Counted from the stretch's first letter, positions 21,834 to 35,648 are shown. The stretch: 64,000 nt of DNA from Moniliella sp. 'wahieum' (GCA_003971905.1 RSEE01000071.1:186001-250000); one strand, 5' to 3'. The notes: generated from the letters alone by a model not told the origin. Program-made: numbers and translations.

Positions 21834-24037
21834 TTAAGTGCGTACTACAAAGAGGTGCTCCGGCCAGATGAACCCTCCGGCGCCCCAATCCCATCGAAGC
21901 AACCGGACCCCATCCACGCCATGATCCACCTTCCAAGCCAGTTATACACGAGTCAGTAGGCTGTACGAACGAAATGAACCCCATCCGAGCCCCGCCAAGC
22001 CAAACAATTCCCCACACGTACCGTCCAAACGTGGTGGCGGAATCCGATCTGGGTCAACGTTGGTGCCGCGCCTTGAGCAATTGAGACCAAGTCCTCCTCC
22101 TCGAGCTGGCACTGAGACCGAGCGGAACTCAAGATGTGCAGGGTGCGTAAGTGCGGGCAGCGAGCGAGGTAGGTGGTGATTCGCTGCGCCTGGTCGTCCG
22201 CCTCGTACAGGTGCACGACTAAGTCTTCCAATGGAGTAGCCGTGCGCGTGAGCAAATCCAGTTGGTCCAAGCTCATCCCGATCCCATAGATGCGGATCGT
22301 CCTCAGAGTTCGGAGGGGTAGTAGGGCCCGCAGCAGGTCCCAGTCTAACGAGGGACCGGACATGGGCAGCAGTTCGTCCTCGTCCTCGGAAACGCCACTA
22401 TCCCCGTACCTTGCGGACGTGCCTTCGACCGCCTCAGTGCCACCCGTGGCGTAGAAGGTGAACGCGTGGAGGTGGGGAAGTTCACCCAAGAGATGAGAGA
22501 GGGCAGTGAAGTACGAGTGGACTTCAGCCGCTGAGTGCAGAATGGGGTAAGTCAACGTTAGTGCATCCAGAGATTGGACATGGGGGATCATTCGCTCCAT
22601 ATCTTCCGCTCGCTGTGGGGGACGGGAATGAGATGTTAGTTCAGTACAGGGCCAAAAAGGAAGGGCGGCGCAAATAGCCACGTACGAATCCGACACTTTC
22701 AAGCTTGAGGATCTTGACCTTGCCCGCCTGAAGGAGCGGGAGGAACCCGCGTGCGGAGACGGCCTTGCAACCTGCAAGGCTCAAGGTATGTAACTGGGGC
22801 ACGTAGGGCACCGAGGCGAGCAGGTGCTCGTCTCGCACAAAAGTGCTATGGTTACACAAGATCTCCAACCGGCGCAGGTGGCCGGCGAGATGGGCGATTA
22901 AGCGCGGGATGAAGCTAGCCAGGTTTCGGTCGGGCATGATCATCACTTCCTCCACGCCCCTCTGGTCCGGGGGAAGGGGGAGGTGCTGACGCAGTTCTCG
23001 CTCTGCTCTCTGGACCGAGACGGGGTCATCCCTTTCTTCATCACCATGGGGCCCAGTGCCGAAAGAGAGGGGCACAGTGGCGTACTCTGTAGTAGAGAGC
23101 GGGCGCAAGATCGCCTTGCAGTGTGCCGATCGGGGTGCAGGAAGCGAGCGAATGAGCAAGGCAGGATCGTACGTTCGTGTGTCTCCCGTCACTTCGATCG
23201 TCCGCAGAGAAGTAAGATGGGGAAAGACATCGACAATGATCCGGTCGTTGAGGGATCCGGTACGGGTCCAGGCCAAGGACGTGAGCTGAGTCGCGGCGCG
23301 GAGGGACGTAACAATATCTTGCTCCATCTGGTCCAGCGCGCGCAGGGACAGGGCGAAGGGATACACGCGCAGCTCTGGCCATCGTGAATCATAGTGTCAG
23401 CAAGTGTTCGGGCCGCACATCAAATGAAGGAGGGAAAGAAGGAAGAAAGGAGAATGAGCGCACCCAACACTTTAATCCGACGTGCATTGTGCAGATTGTG
23501 GGCCAAGGAGGCAAACAAGCGCACCACCCGGCCTTGATCGCGTCTGGAGAGCATCCGGGATCAGCTTCTGAGCTCTCAACGTTCGAGCAAGGCGGCCATC
23601 CAAACACGAGCACGACCCCTGGCGGGGGAGGGGGAGAAGCGGGATGGCGGGGGACGGAAGGAACATACAAGACGATTCGTTCGTACAGTAGCGGTTGTGC
23701 CACCTCGTTCCACCACTTATTTACGCGCGCGCAGGCGGCCAAGTCGCCGATGCGGTGACGCAGGACGCGGAGGATGAGGGGAGCAGCTCGGGGGGCAGGC
23801 GAGCGAGGTCAAGCGTGGCGGGGGTGGCGGGGGTGCGGTGGAGGGTATGCGGTCGAGCTCGGCGCGGAGCGCATGGAGGGGGCATCGGCAGGGTGGCGGG
23901 CGGCGGGGGTCCGTAGGCGCAGGCTGAGGGGTCGCTGGCATAGGTCGAGGGGGGGTGGATGGCATCGGGTTTATCGGGCTCGTCGAGCCCATCGAGCCCA
24001 TCGAACCCATCGAGCCCATCGAGCCCATCGAGCCCAT
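21834..24037 (-). CDS. F-box protein with RNI-like/LRR region (3 introns; frameshifts; start uncertain)
   Basis: F-box LARLPPELL..DLAACARVNKWWNEVAQPLLY. LRR-like repeats include LTSLAWT, LTSLRTIEV, LHTLSLAGC and CPHLRTLHI. The spliced C-terminus reads WPEHLFVVRT*. Confidence 0.75.
23984..24037 (-). repeat. 9-bp tandem repeat (ATGGGCTCG) x6
   Basis: Six copies, one with a C>T change. It reads (MGS)6 or (GLD)n depending on frame. Confidence 0.95.
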
Positions 24038-24320
24038 GTGGGTGACGGAAGCAGCCTGAGAAAGAGGAGGCCGCCAGCACGATTGATAGATTGATTGCCA
24101 ACAAATCTCCTCCGGCCCCATCGCCGCCGCCATTAACTAATCCCACTCTCTCCCCGGAAGCCACATTGGCTCCGTTCCGAGTGCGCTGGCTCCTGTGGCG
24201 GGCGGCGCAAGGCCTGGTCGGCTGGGTGGCTATGCGTTGCCAACACCTGTCCGGCTATAGTCCTCAAGTGGTGCTGTGGATTAACCGAGAAAATGGGGGG
24301 GGGACTCTGTGCACTTACTT

Positions 24321-25725
24321 TTAGTTTTGCGATACTTCCGCGGGCGCTGGCCCAGGCGCGTCGGGCTGCGGCCAGAAGGCAGGTATCGAGGGCAGGACCT
24401 TAACCACTGGGCCCTGGGGCAGGTCAAGGCGCACCTCGGGGGGTGGATCGGCGCCCTGCTCGGCAAAGCGCGGGTCGACGAGGTCGAGGCGCAGGAGCGC
24501 CAGCGCATAGGGTCCCACTCGGCTCCCGACCTTGCCAGCGGGTCGGACGCGGCGTGGGCGCGGTTCATCAGAAGCAGCGCGATGGGGAAGGACAGACGTG
24601 CCGACCGGGACGGAGGGTGCGCCCAGCCCCAGGGACGCCCAAGGCTCTGGCGTATCGTCCTGCACCTCCGCCTCGAGCAAGACCGGGACCACGCGCTTGC
24701 GCACAAGCCCACGGTGATGCGTGCGAGAAGTCAGTTCTTGGCCAATGTAGCAGCCTTTGCGGAAGTCCACTGGCAGAAGAGAGGGGATATGGAGGAGCAG
24801 TTAGCATGACAAGTGAACAATAGCGCAGGGAAGAAAAACGCGCATACCTCCATTCATGTAGTCCAAGTTGACTTCAAGCGGGATGGACGAGTCGGGTACC
24901 ATGTCATCCACTCCCTCGCCCACCCCTTGCCAGATCCGATGTAGCGTGTACAGTTCCTCTCCTCTCCCCGGGGCCGAGAAGCTGGAAGGTAGCTCGATCT
25001 TGGCCGTGTCGACGAGGAAACGAAATTGCATGCCATCGGAACGCGGGTCGCGCGCAGCCCAACGCGGCCTGCCCTCCTTCTGCGCCCTCCGGGGAAGGGG
25101 CGAGACCAACGGAAGCAGTGGCAAAGAGCTGGTACCACAGTGGCGGCGTATTTTCTTCGTCCCACTGCGGCACAGGGGCGGCGCCCTGGTCAGAGACGAA
25201 GTAGTCCTTTAACTGCGGGGGAAGCGGCGGTAGAAAGAAGACTTGGCCGACGCGGTAGGTAGGCAACTCTTGGAAGGTGCACTTGGAGCGCAACTTGAAC
25301 TTCTTGATAAGCGACAGCGCCTCGTCCGCCACGCGCCGATCCATGTCGATCAAGACGGAGGGTTCGGGCCCCACTTCGGGGAAGAGCAGCAGGTCAGCAA
25401 CCATGCGGCCCTGCGGCGTGAGGAGCCCGGCGTAGGTAGCGTCGACCTGGACCGGCGTTTGGTGTTCTTGGGCATGGGCAATTTGCTGGGCTAGCTCCTG
25501 GACCCGCATGACATCGTTCGTCACGAGGCCCTGCAGCAGCTTGAACGTGTCGCGTCCCTGGGCGCGGTAGACTGCTCGGTGTGGGACGGGGGCGACGACC
25601 CACTCGCCGGACGCGGGAGCGTCCTGCCGCACGCGTGCGGTGGCATGTAGCGCTCTTGCGCCAAGGGGCGGGGCGGCGCGCAGAAGGGGGCACGCACGTC
25701 GGATGGCGAGCGCGGGGCCCAGCAT
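24321..25725 (-). CDS. IBA57: Mitochondrial Fe-S assembly factor Iba57/Caf17 (GcvT/YgfZ family); intron ~24771-24849
   Basis: [29 protein letters not shown] and [32 protein letters not shown] (KGCY.GQEL signature). The N-terminus is Arg/Ala/Leu-rich and presequence-like. Confidence 0.95.
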
Positions 25726-25910
25726 GGTCGGATGGGAGCGGTGGTAGTGGTGGTGGTGGTGGACGCTGGGCGTGGCGCCAAGGCGACTGACGTCAACCTC
25801 GCCTTGGCCGTGCTCAGCGTCCGCGCGCTCAGCGCCAGCGGCCCAGCCAGCAACAACCAACCACCGCCTGACGGTAGGGTTAGCCCCCCTCCACCGCCAT
25901 CCATCCGCCC

Positions 25911-26576
25911 ATGTCCGCGCCGCCCATCCCGCCCAAGCCCAGCGCACTGCAGGGCGAGCCTCTGCCGGCGTCCGCGCCTCCCTCCGTCTCGCGCCTGCCG
26001 CCGCTGCCCCGGCGTCCGCCGCTGCGGCCAAGCCCATCAACAAGTACATCCGCCGCCTCGCCGGCACGCCCAAAGCCTGCTTTGTTTGCCACCGCCCCAG
26101 CCCTGTTGTGCTGGTCTCTGTCTCGCTGCCGAACGAAGACTTCTTCTACACGTGTGCCTCCCACCTTGCCGACCGGCACTTTGCCACCCGCATCGACGCG
26201 CCGGCCCCCCGCCTCCCAAGGTGAGCCAAGAGGAGATTGAGCGGATCAAGCAAGAGTACGAGGCCAAGCTAGCCAAGAAGAAGGAAACAGACGGAGATAA
26301 GGACAAGAAGGAGAAAGAATCTTCTTCCTGGCTTGGATCGGCTGTGGGCACGGTAGGCTCGTTGGCGAGTGCGGTGGCGTCGATTGCGGCGCCGTCGCCG
26401 GTGGAGACGCCAGCACCGGCGGCGCCCGCACCGGGGACACCAAGTGCCAGTGGCGCCCACGAACGCTATGTGCTGGACCGGGGGTACTTTGCGATGCGAA
26501 TCGAGCTGTGGAAGAAACGGGAGGCAGCCAAGCGGATGCCGCGCTGCACATGCCGTCGGCGCCGCGGGCCATGTGA
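25911..26576 (+). CDS. VFA1: Vps4-associated protein 1 (DUF1742); frameshifted
   Basis: NKYIRR..KACFVCHRPS..VL..DFFYTCASHLADRHFA, then VSQEEIERIKQEYE and HERYVLDRGYFAMR. The likely end LHMPSAPRAM* follows a frameshift. Confidence 0.85.
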
Positions 26577-27185
26577 GCGAGCGGGCGAAATGGCACGCAT
26601 CTGTCTGTTTGGTATACCCCCCCACCCAGCCCCCCCACCCGCCGCACCGGCCGGGATGTAGCATAGGAGCACCTGCAGCACCACCACCACTACGCCCACC
26701 CCGCGTGCTACCCGTAGCGTCCTTGCCAGCACATGCACTGTGCATTCGTGCGCCCGCCGGGGGATGCGAGTGGCGGCGACGGCGCGGATGGAGGCGCCGG
26801 TGGCGCTGCGTCGTCGGCCGGGCGTCTATCCGCCGCATCGACGGCGCCCATGCGTGATGCAGTGATGCGCGGTGTCGGATGCGTGACGCTGCCCCCCCCC
26901 CACCCCCAGGAACACTTGCCAACACTGGCGCCGTGCCGGGAGCGCCGTCGCCCGGTGCGGGCTGACGTAAGCTGGTGCTGGAAGGACGCTGGCGTCGCCC
27001 TGGTCCGCCTCCCCGTCGGCCGCCATCGCCATCGCCACCGCCATCGTCATCGTCCTCCCCACTGCCATCGCATCCTGCCTTCGCCTTGCCCTTGCCATTG
27101 GCGTCGCCATCGCCACCAGCTGTGCCCCCGCCATCGGCCTTTCCCCCGCCTAGACCCCCGTCTCCACCACTACCACCACCTCCCC

Positions 27186-29916
27186 ATGTCGCGCGGGCGT
27201 CCCGACTGGCGCGGCGGCTACGCGTACCCGTCTGCCCCCTTCAGCGCCGGCTCCAAGCGCCCACGCTCCCCGCCCCGCCCCCGCCCCCATCCGCCCCACC
27301 CGGCCCACGCGGGTATGCATATGACTATGCTTACTACCCCCCCCCCCCCCCCCCCTCCGCCCCATCGTTCTGGCCGCAGCAGCTACCCGCGCGAGGGATG
27401 GTACGACTACGGCTACGACCTCGACCGCCGTCCGCCTCCCCTTCCCGCTCCCGTTGGTACGGTGACGAGTGGGACGCGTACTACGACCAGCAACGGCGCC
27501 GCGGCGCTGCCTGGGATGAGTACGACCGTCAACGCCACCGCGACTATTGGGACTACCTCCTGGTCCATTCCGCGTTCCGCCCCGCCCGGTCCACCGCCTT
27601 CTCTCCCCACCCGCCCGGGTAGGACAAGTGTTTCCTCTGCCCCTTCCCGCCCTCCTAGCCGTGGCAGTGCCACCTCCACCCACCCCTCCGCCCATCCACC
27701 GGCCCATCCCCCTCGTTCTGAAGCCGACCTGCGCGCGCGCCTTCTGCCCCCTACTCCTGCTTCTGCTGCTTCTGCTTCTGCCTCCGCTTCTGCTGCGGCT
27801 CCAGGGGCTACTACTTCTGTTTCTGCTCCTACATCTACTCCTGCTCCTGGTCTTGCCCTTGCTCCTACATCTGCACCTCAGCTCCCCGGTTCCTCGAACA
27901 CGAACCCGCCTGAACCGGCACTGGTGGCCGACCCATACGAGGACGACACCCTGATGACTTTCAAGGCGTTTGCTCATTGGTTCCGTGCGCGCCATGGTAC
28001 ACTCCGGGACGCTTCCTCTGGGGACGAAGTGTGGAATGAGTACCAGAACTACCGCGCCATTGTGCTCAAGCGTCAGTTATGGAAGTTTTTCCAAGCGCAT
28101 CGGGACCAAGCTTGGTTCCAAGAACGTTACTCTCTTTCTCCTGAACGTACGCTTCGGCGCAAGACGCACAAATTCCAAGGCCGACGCGGCCACAAGGCAC
28201 GGTGGCTAGCGGAGCTGCGCGACGGCAAGTTGGATGCCCTTACCTGGGACGTGCGTCCCATTGACGACGATGAGGACAAATCCGACCGCCGCCGTGTCTC
28301 AGGCCCGCAAGTTTTCCGTGCCACCACACGTCTGGGACAGCCGCGGGAGATCAGCGGGAACGAGAAAGTGGAAGCTACTATGCCGCAACTACTTTTGACC
28401 AACGTGACTGCTGATGCGGACCGTGCGGAGCTGGAGAAGCTCTTGGTTCGTACAGCTGGAGACCAATTCCTCTACCTTGCTATGGGTGAGCCGAGGGAGA
28501 CCAAGCGGTGGTCTCGCAACGGCTTTGCCGTCTTTGCACCCGGCACCGCGGTGGACCCGATCGCAATTCAGTTGTCCCAGCTTTCCCTGGGGGGCCGGCC
28601 GATCCAAGCTCGTCGTCCCGACCGAGACATTTCGGCGCGGGGTGCACGTGCGCACGATGCCTCCCAATGCCGGACCGCGCTTGCGGCACGACCTACACCA
28701 AGCTCAGAAACTGGTGACGATGCTCGAGGAAGAGGACCGGAGTGACATTTTCGTAGAGCCGGTTCTCTTGGCGGCGAAGCAAGCTCGTCGGAACGCCACC
28801 GGTGACGATTCGGAAGCAGGCCGTGCCGAGGACGAAACAGCTGTGACCGACGTGCTGGCTGAAGCGCAAGAGTGGCTTGGCACAAGCGTCAGCGACGCGA
28901 TTGCAGCACGGGTCCAGGACCAATTTGGTATTTCTTTGGACGAAGTTGTGAGCGCGTTTGAGCAGCCCGTCTCGCCGCCGTCGGTTCCGACCGTATCGGA
29001 GGACGCGACCGCGACTGCGGGCGAATGGACCGATCTCAGTTCGCGGCAAAAGACGCTGGAGCCAGCGTTGAAGCGGGCGCTGGACCTGCACATTGATGCA
29101 CTCCGTGAAATTTGGCACTTGGACTACTATTCGGGTCTGTACGTGACTTTGAGGAAGAGTTGGTACGGCGAGAACCGGTGGTGGCGCGACGATATCTCCC
29201 GGAGGAAGCCGCGTCTGCGGGCGTCGACTCGGCCAATCGAGCGTTCCAATTGTTTGATGGCAAGGTGGCGCAGTTGTTGCATCCGGAGGAGGTGGATCTG
29301 GCCGAGTTGGGCGGGAAGCCGTTGGAAAAGGAACTGGAGACGCACCTCGCGCCCTTTATCAAGGAAGTTGCTCCTGAACGACACCGCTGTATGGTCCCGC
29401 TCACAGACCCGTCCACGGGCGAGACGCGAGTGTGTGGCAAACCCTTTCGCGCGCCCGTCTTTGTGCAGAAGCACTTTGCCAACAAGCACCGCGCCTGGTA
29501 CGATGCCCAAACGGGTCCCGTGCTCGACCAGGCCCGCTTCTTCAACCAATATGTCCTCGACCCCAACCGACCCGTATCGATCAGCTCTTCAGTACCGATC
29601 AAGGTGGAGCCGGAGGAGGAAGAACCAGCCAGCAAGCGGCCGAAACGCGTGTGGGCCTCTGCTCGCCTGGGCGGCCGGGCGCTGCCTGCTGCCGAGCGGC
29701 CGCCGGAACGGCTTGGGGCGGGCTGGGGAGCCGCGGGCGGAGGAGCAGCGGGCTGGAGAGCCGCTGCCGAGCGAGGACCAGCGGCCTGGCGAGCAAGCGG
29801 GGGGAGAGCGGGGCGATGCACGTGGGCTGGGGCTCGACCCGCGCGCGGCGCGGGTGGGCCGAAGCTACCAGGACCTGGACGATGCGCCGCAAGGCGGAGT
29901 GGACCTGCTGTACTAG
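27186..29916 (+). CDS. ARS2: Serrate/Ars2 RNA-processing factor; frameshifted
   Basis: LMTFKAF..FFQAHRDQAWFQERY (DUF3546-like), an RRM-like middle region, LDLHIDALREIWHLDYYSG, the zinc finger C..CGKPFRAPVFVQKHFANKH, and C-terminal RSYQDLDDAP. Confidence 0.88.
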
Positions 29917-30075
29917 TGTTCCTGGTGTGTTGCTTGGCGGCGCTGGGTCGAGGCGAGAAGCCAAGAGAAATGATGTGCTAGTTGAGTGTGCAAAGAGACG
30001 CTCGCCAATAGTCTGTACTTCTAAATACAACCCCACCGGAGGGAGGCGCCACTAGCAACCGCATAACCCTACCCG

Positions 30076-31888
30076 ATGCCTGCGGGGAATGACCAATCAG
30101 TCCCATCATCCATCACCGACGACCATCGATCAATATTCACCGCATCACTCGATCTCCCCGCCGTGAACGTGAAAACACATCCCGCCTCCGCCGCCCCGCC
30201 ACCACCCGCCCCCCTCCACCCCCCCCCCCATGGCGTCCATGGGCGTCACGATGCGTCCAATGCGCCCGACGCACTCGATGCTCTGCATGGCGGTGGCCCT
30301 CTTCGCTATGGCCATCACCGCCACCGTCCTCTCCTCCCTCCCTCGCCCGTTGCCGCCGAGGCCCCCGAGCCACGCGCCCGCGACCCCCGCCAGGGCCAGG
30401 CCTTTCGTCAGTCGCTCCTCGATGCCTGGTCTTTGACCCACACCGACGAGCGCATCGAGCATGCCGACCAGGAACTGGAGCGCTTCCTGTTTGGCGAAGA
30501 TTCGCCTGTCTCGGAACACCGCGTGTCCCCGCCCCCGCGTCCTCAGTCCAAACGCCACTCTCCCTCGCGCCCCCACGCTCCCTTCACCCACGGTGGTACC
30601 GCCCACGCTACCCCTGACGTTGACGTTGACGATGACAATCACAATTACAATTACAATGACAATTACAATGACAATCGCAATGACAATCCCAATGGTAACC
30701 GCGCTACCACAGGGGCCAACACGAAACGTCTCACCTCTCCCCAGCCGCGCTCGTCCGGTCGCCGCACAGCACTTTGGAAGACGGCCTGGGCAGCTGCCTC
30801 CTTTGGACTTGGCCTGGGCAAGTCGTCCCTCTCCTTCTGCCTACGCAGCACGGCCTTCGTTTGGTCCTCAGTAGCGGTGCCCACGACACTGGGGACCGTC
30901 AATCTGGTCCGCTCCATCACGTATACAAGCTGGACCATGATCCGATTCGTTGTGCTCGAGATCCTACGTCCGATTCGGGTGTTGGTTGCGGCACCAATCA
31001 TCTACCTGTTCCTTGGATTTTACTTGATATTTGTGCGTACGCCCTACCGTCTGCTGAGCGTCCTGGCGCGCGAAGGGTACCCCCCTACCTCTTCCTTGCT
31101 GCTGGCGGCATGGCTGGACTCGCACTTGGTCTAGCGGGTGCGATGACGTTGGTACTCGGGACCGCGGTGATCAACTCGCGTGAACCAGTTGCCTCTGGTG
31201 ACCCCGCCGTGCCGCTGCAGCTACCTCTGGATCTGCATCTGCAACTTTGTCTGCCTTGACCTCGACGTCCCTCCCGTCCGGGGCACACACCACTTCGCCT
31301 CCACTGCCGCATGCTGTGGTGGAAACCGCGCGGCTCGCTACGACCGACAAGCACTTACCTCATTCCCCGCTTCTCACCTCTTCTCGTCCGCTGGAGATCT
31401 CGGAATCCAGCATGGTAGACGAATCGGATTCGCTTCGTACGTCCGAGCCGGTTCCTTCCTCGGCTTCCTCCGCTTCGTCCGGTACCAACGGGGTGGAGGA
31501 ACTGATGCGTGTGCCCGCTCGGGACGGGACGGTGCACTTGCGCCGCGTGTCGTCGTTTCCTGCGCAAGCGCGTTCGAGTGGGTGGGACAATGTGGTGCGA
31601 CAAGCGGAGAAGGCGTTGCGAAGTCCTGCTTCGTACTCGCATGGACTGGGGACACACACACTCTGCCTCCTCCTCCTCTCCTCTTCCCGCGTTTCCGCTT
31701 TCGCAGAAACACCTTGCTCCGCCCTCAGGCAGCCGGGGCGCCTCAATGCCCGCTTCGCCCGAGCAGGGTACGATCCGTTTTCCTCCCCCTTCGCGTTCTG
31801 GGTCCCCTGCCCGTGCGCGGTTACGCGAATGGCGACTGGATACGGCGCGGGCCCATGCCCAGGTCCATTCTTGAGCTCGTTACTTTGA
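30076..31888 (+). CDS. Hypothetical membrane protein; frameshifted, start uncertain
   Basis: Long ORF segments with hydrophobic stretches (VLVAAPIIYLFLGFYLIFV; YLFLAAGGMAGLALGLAGAMTLVLG) flanked by low-complexity Ser/Pro/Asn regions. Confidence 0.6.
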
Positions 31889-33667
31889 TGTGTAAGGGCG
31901 GCGGAGAGGGGGACTGCGTTTGGCTGGACCCAACCTGACTGATGGTCGAGGTGGGTTGTATTGTTTTTGCTTTGCTTTTCGTTTGTTTCCCCGTACCGGT
32001 CTAAACCCCTCGCTCGATCTCGCTCATTTCCCTTTCTCCCGCAGCTCTGTGGCTGTGGTCGATACCAATTTTTTTATGAATCGTACGCGCCTGTTCTAGC
32101 CTGCTACGACGGCTCTCCTGAGGCCTATCACTCGGCTTTTGTACCCTTGCGCTTTTGGTCCCTGTATGGGCCTTGCCCACCTCCGTTTTTATGTTTTTGC
32201 GTGGCGTGTTTGGCCCTGCTTGGTACGCTTCGTGACGCATCGGTGATGTCGGACGAAACGTACTTTTTTCTTGATAGCGTCCTTGTCTAGACGACTAAGG
32301 ACACGTGCCAGCTCCAGTTCCAGCTCCAGCTCCAGATCCAGATTCACAATTCAATCCTTGATCGACGTTCGACGTGAATACAATGACGGATGGACGGATG
32401 CTGGTTCGCAGTTCTGTTAGGCACAGGCAGTGTCTCCTCCTTGGCTTAAATTGCTTGGGGACTTGAGTCATCAGGCCTTGAAGCCGATAGGGACGGAAAA
32501 GAATCATGGTGAACTTGCCAGGAAGGGGGAGGAGGACGAGGACTCGAGAGGATGGCATGCATGTGGGCGAGTATAGATGAGTACCATGGCATAGCGTAGC
32601 GTAGACTAGCGTAACGTAGCGTAGAATGCCGTATCGTAGCCCAAACCTGACTCGCACCTCACACGAACCCGACCTGTCCATCTCAACCGGTCGATCTATC
32701 TCCGATCTCCGTCCATGTCGACCTACGCTGGGGTGCAGGGGGACTAGGTCCTCAGTGCATTACATGTAGTCGTGCGTCTCACTTATAGTGTCGTCACTCC
32801 AACACCACTTTGCCTGCACGGTCCATCCCCCCCATCCCCCTCACTTCAAGCGCCACGAGTCGCGCCTCTCCGCCCCTGCGCCCTGCTGGCCTGCGCTGTA
32901 CCGCCCCAAGGACAGTATTGGCGCAGGAGCGAGAGGTATTCCGCCGTGATACCACCGTGGGCCCACGTACGCCGAACTCTGCAACTCCTCAACGTCCACC
33001 GTCGCACGTCCAACCTACCTCATGTCACACACAGGTGGGGATCAATTCAACGTTCAATGCGACCAAGGGACCGGATGTAGCTCGACGAATCTAAGCGGGT
33101 CTAGAGGCAAGATGCAAGATGCAAGATGCATCTGCATCTGCATCTGCATCGAAACGGATGGAAACTGATGGAAACTGATGGAAACGGATGGAAACAGCTC
33201 CGATCCGCTCTGATGCGATGCGCTTAGATCCGTCGAGGTCAGGGCCAGGGTCACTAGTCACTGGTCAGATGCCGAGCCAGAAAGGAAGGGAAGTAGGTAG
33301 GAACCTGGTAGGAGCTGGGACGTTGGGGGCATGAGAACGTTGGGCATGAGAATGGGGGTGTAGGACAAAGAGCAAAAGACATGGGACATGGGGCATGGAA
33401 CATCGGGCATCGGACATCGGGAAAGGGACAGGGGGCGTCAGGCATGTGGAGGATCAAAGTAGGCGCCCAAGGAACAAAACGACAGAGGTAAACAAGGAAA
33501 AAAGTATATGCCCACAAAACGAGTCACTAGTCACGCAGCCAAAGAGGGATGAAAGTCCCCTTCTCTCTCCCCTTCGACTGCACCAGGGAAGAAACAAGAG
33601 CTGCAAGCTGAGCCAAGCAAAGCCAAGCAAAGCAAAGCCAAACGAAAGAGCGCACTCGACGACGCAT

Positions 33668-35648
33668 CTACGCAACGTGCTTGATGTCCGACCCTGTGAT
33701 GCCCAAGGGCGCAGCCAACGAGGCGACCGAGACCGATCGAACAGCGTTCCACAGTCCCGAAGCGACAGCTCCAACGGTAGCCACGGCATCTGCCACGCCA
33801 GCCGCAGCGCGGTGGGCAGAAGAGTTAACAGTGGTAGCCGTGGAGTACGCTACAGAGTACGCGGCGTAAGCAGGGCTCAGTACGGCGTGTACGACAGGTT
33901 CGACTTGGGTCTTGACTTGCCACCCTGCTTGCATGGATCGACTGACGAGCCATCCAAGCAACGCACGTTGGACCGGATACACCATTCCCACCAAAGGGAC
34001 TATACCTTCAATCGTCTCTTTCAACCCCCACATATCGTCGTGCCGCACCACCAAGCCCACATCGTTAAACTCGAGCCGGGTCATGATCCGGATCTCGATC
34101 TGGCACAACCGGCGCATCGCATGAGCCGGATGCGCAACTGAACGCAACATGCTCTGCAGGGGCGCACGACCAAACCCTTCTTTGGACCAGTGCGGACGGA
34201 TCGCATCAAGAGGCAACGTAGGGGGCTGAATTTGCTGCCGCTCGATTCAGACGGAGGCGATGCATCGTAGGAATGAGGCGGGACGGCGTTGGCGTTGGCG
34301 TTGGCATTGGAATTAGGGGCCGGGTTGGCGTTGGAATTGGGATTGGAGTTAGGATTGGAATTGGGATTGAGAATGGTGTTGGGGCTGGCAGGTGACATGG
34401 GCATTGTCCCACGTGGGTACCACCAGGGGGGTACGGTGCCCTCTGACCCAGCCCACGCGGGGACAGGCGGGGGGCGTATGACCCTGGTGCGGACCATCCT
34501 CGTCGTCCGTCTCGTCCAGAGAGCCAGGGTGGGCAGCCGAGCTGGCTACCGACCCGGGCTGGGGAAGGAGGATAACTCATCTTGGTGGCTGACCAGAGTG
34601 GGGAGTGGGGATAGGACCGTTGGCCCGGAGGTAGCGAGTAGGCCGAAGCGGACGCCGAGGCGGACGCCAAGGCACTCACGTACGAAGCAAACGGATGAGG
34701 AGTCACCTGGCCCGGTTGGAGGTAGCCAGTGACATATCCCATGCTGGACCGACGGGACGGAGGCTTGGTCTTGGATCGCGGTCCGGAGAGGCGAGGATCG
34801 GACGGACTGGTCGAGAGACCGGGCCCGGTACCTTCTTCCGCCTGGGGCGCAAACAGCGACGGAAGCAGGGTGATGGTCAAGGTGTGTTCGAGGATGCCAG
34901 CACGGGTACCGTCAAACTCAAAGTCTGATGTGACCACATCGTGCAGTTCTGAATGGACTTCAATGCCCGGCAAGGAAAAGGCCATGGAGAACTGGGCGGC
35001 AATCTGGCCCCAGCCATGCGCCGAGAGCAAGGGCGATTCAAAGATGGCCTGGGGATCGTAGTAGCGCGTGACGACGGCGGCGACTTGCTCGGGGGAGCGT
35101 TTGGGGTCACTAGCTGTTCCGTACAGGGTACGGTGCATGTCGACAATTGTATCCGTCAGTGTGGGGGAGGGGGGGCCAGGGGGGGCATGGGAGAAACGGA
35201 GATGCCGGCCAGGCCCTCGAGGGGCATGAGGCCGCTGGGGTAGGCCAAGCTCAAGCGGGACAGGGGGGCGGCGGGGCCGCCGAGGGACGGGGGAGTGGTC
35301 TGGGGGGCTCGTCGGCGGGGGGGAGGGAGGCGGGGGTGCGTGCCCCGTCGGAGGCGATGGTGGAGGGCTGGGGCCAAAGTAGCCGTCGGCAGAGGGGCCG
35401 GGGGGGCGGGGATGCGGAGAGGATGGTGGGGTGGACGGGCGAGGTGGCGCCGCTGAGGGGGCGCGGTGGGGGTAGTGGGGGTGGTGGGAGGGGGTGGGGG
35501 TGGGGGTGGGGCGAGCGGCGGGAGCCGTGGCTGTGGGTGGGCATTCTGGGCCGGGGGGATGGTGGTGGCGGTGGCGAGGACAGGGCTGGACCTGAGAGAG
35601 ATGCGCGGGCGGGAGCGTCTGAGGGTGTGAGTGAATGCTAGGCCCCAT
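33668..35648 (-). CDS. Hypothetical protein with split SnoaL/NTF2-like domain; Pro-rich N-terminus, start uncertain
   Basis: VVTRYYDPQAIFESPLLSAHGWGQIAAQF and, after a long low-complexity insert, IMTRLEFNDVGLVVRHDDMW, both typical NTF2-like segments. Confidence 0.6.

Noticed and set aside
32300..33430. Dense short repeats (CCAGCT, CGTAG, GCAAGAT, GCATCT, GATGGAAAC) as a possible array system
   Set aside because: Ordinary microsatellites like those in most intergenic regions here (also 42.3-42.8 kb and 46.6-46.7 kb), with no repeat-spacer structure.
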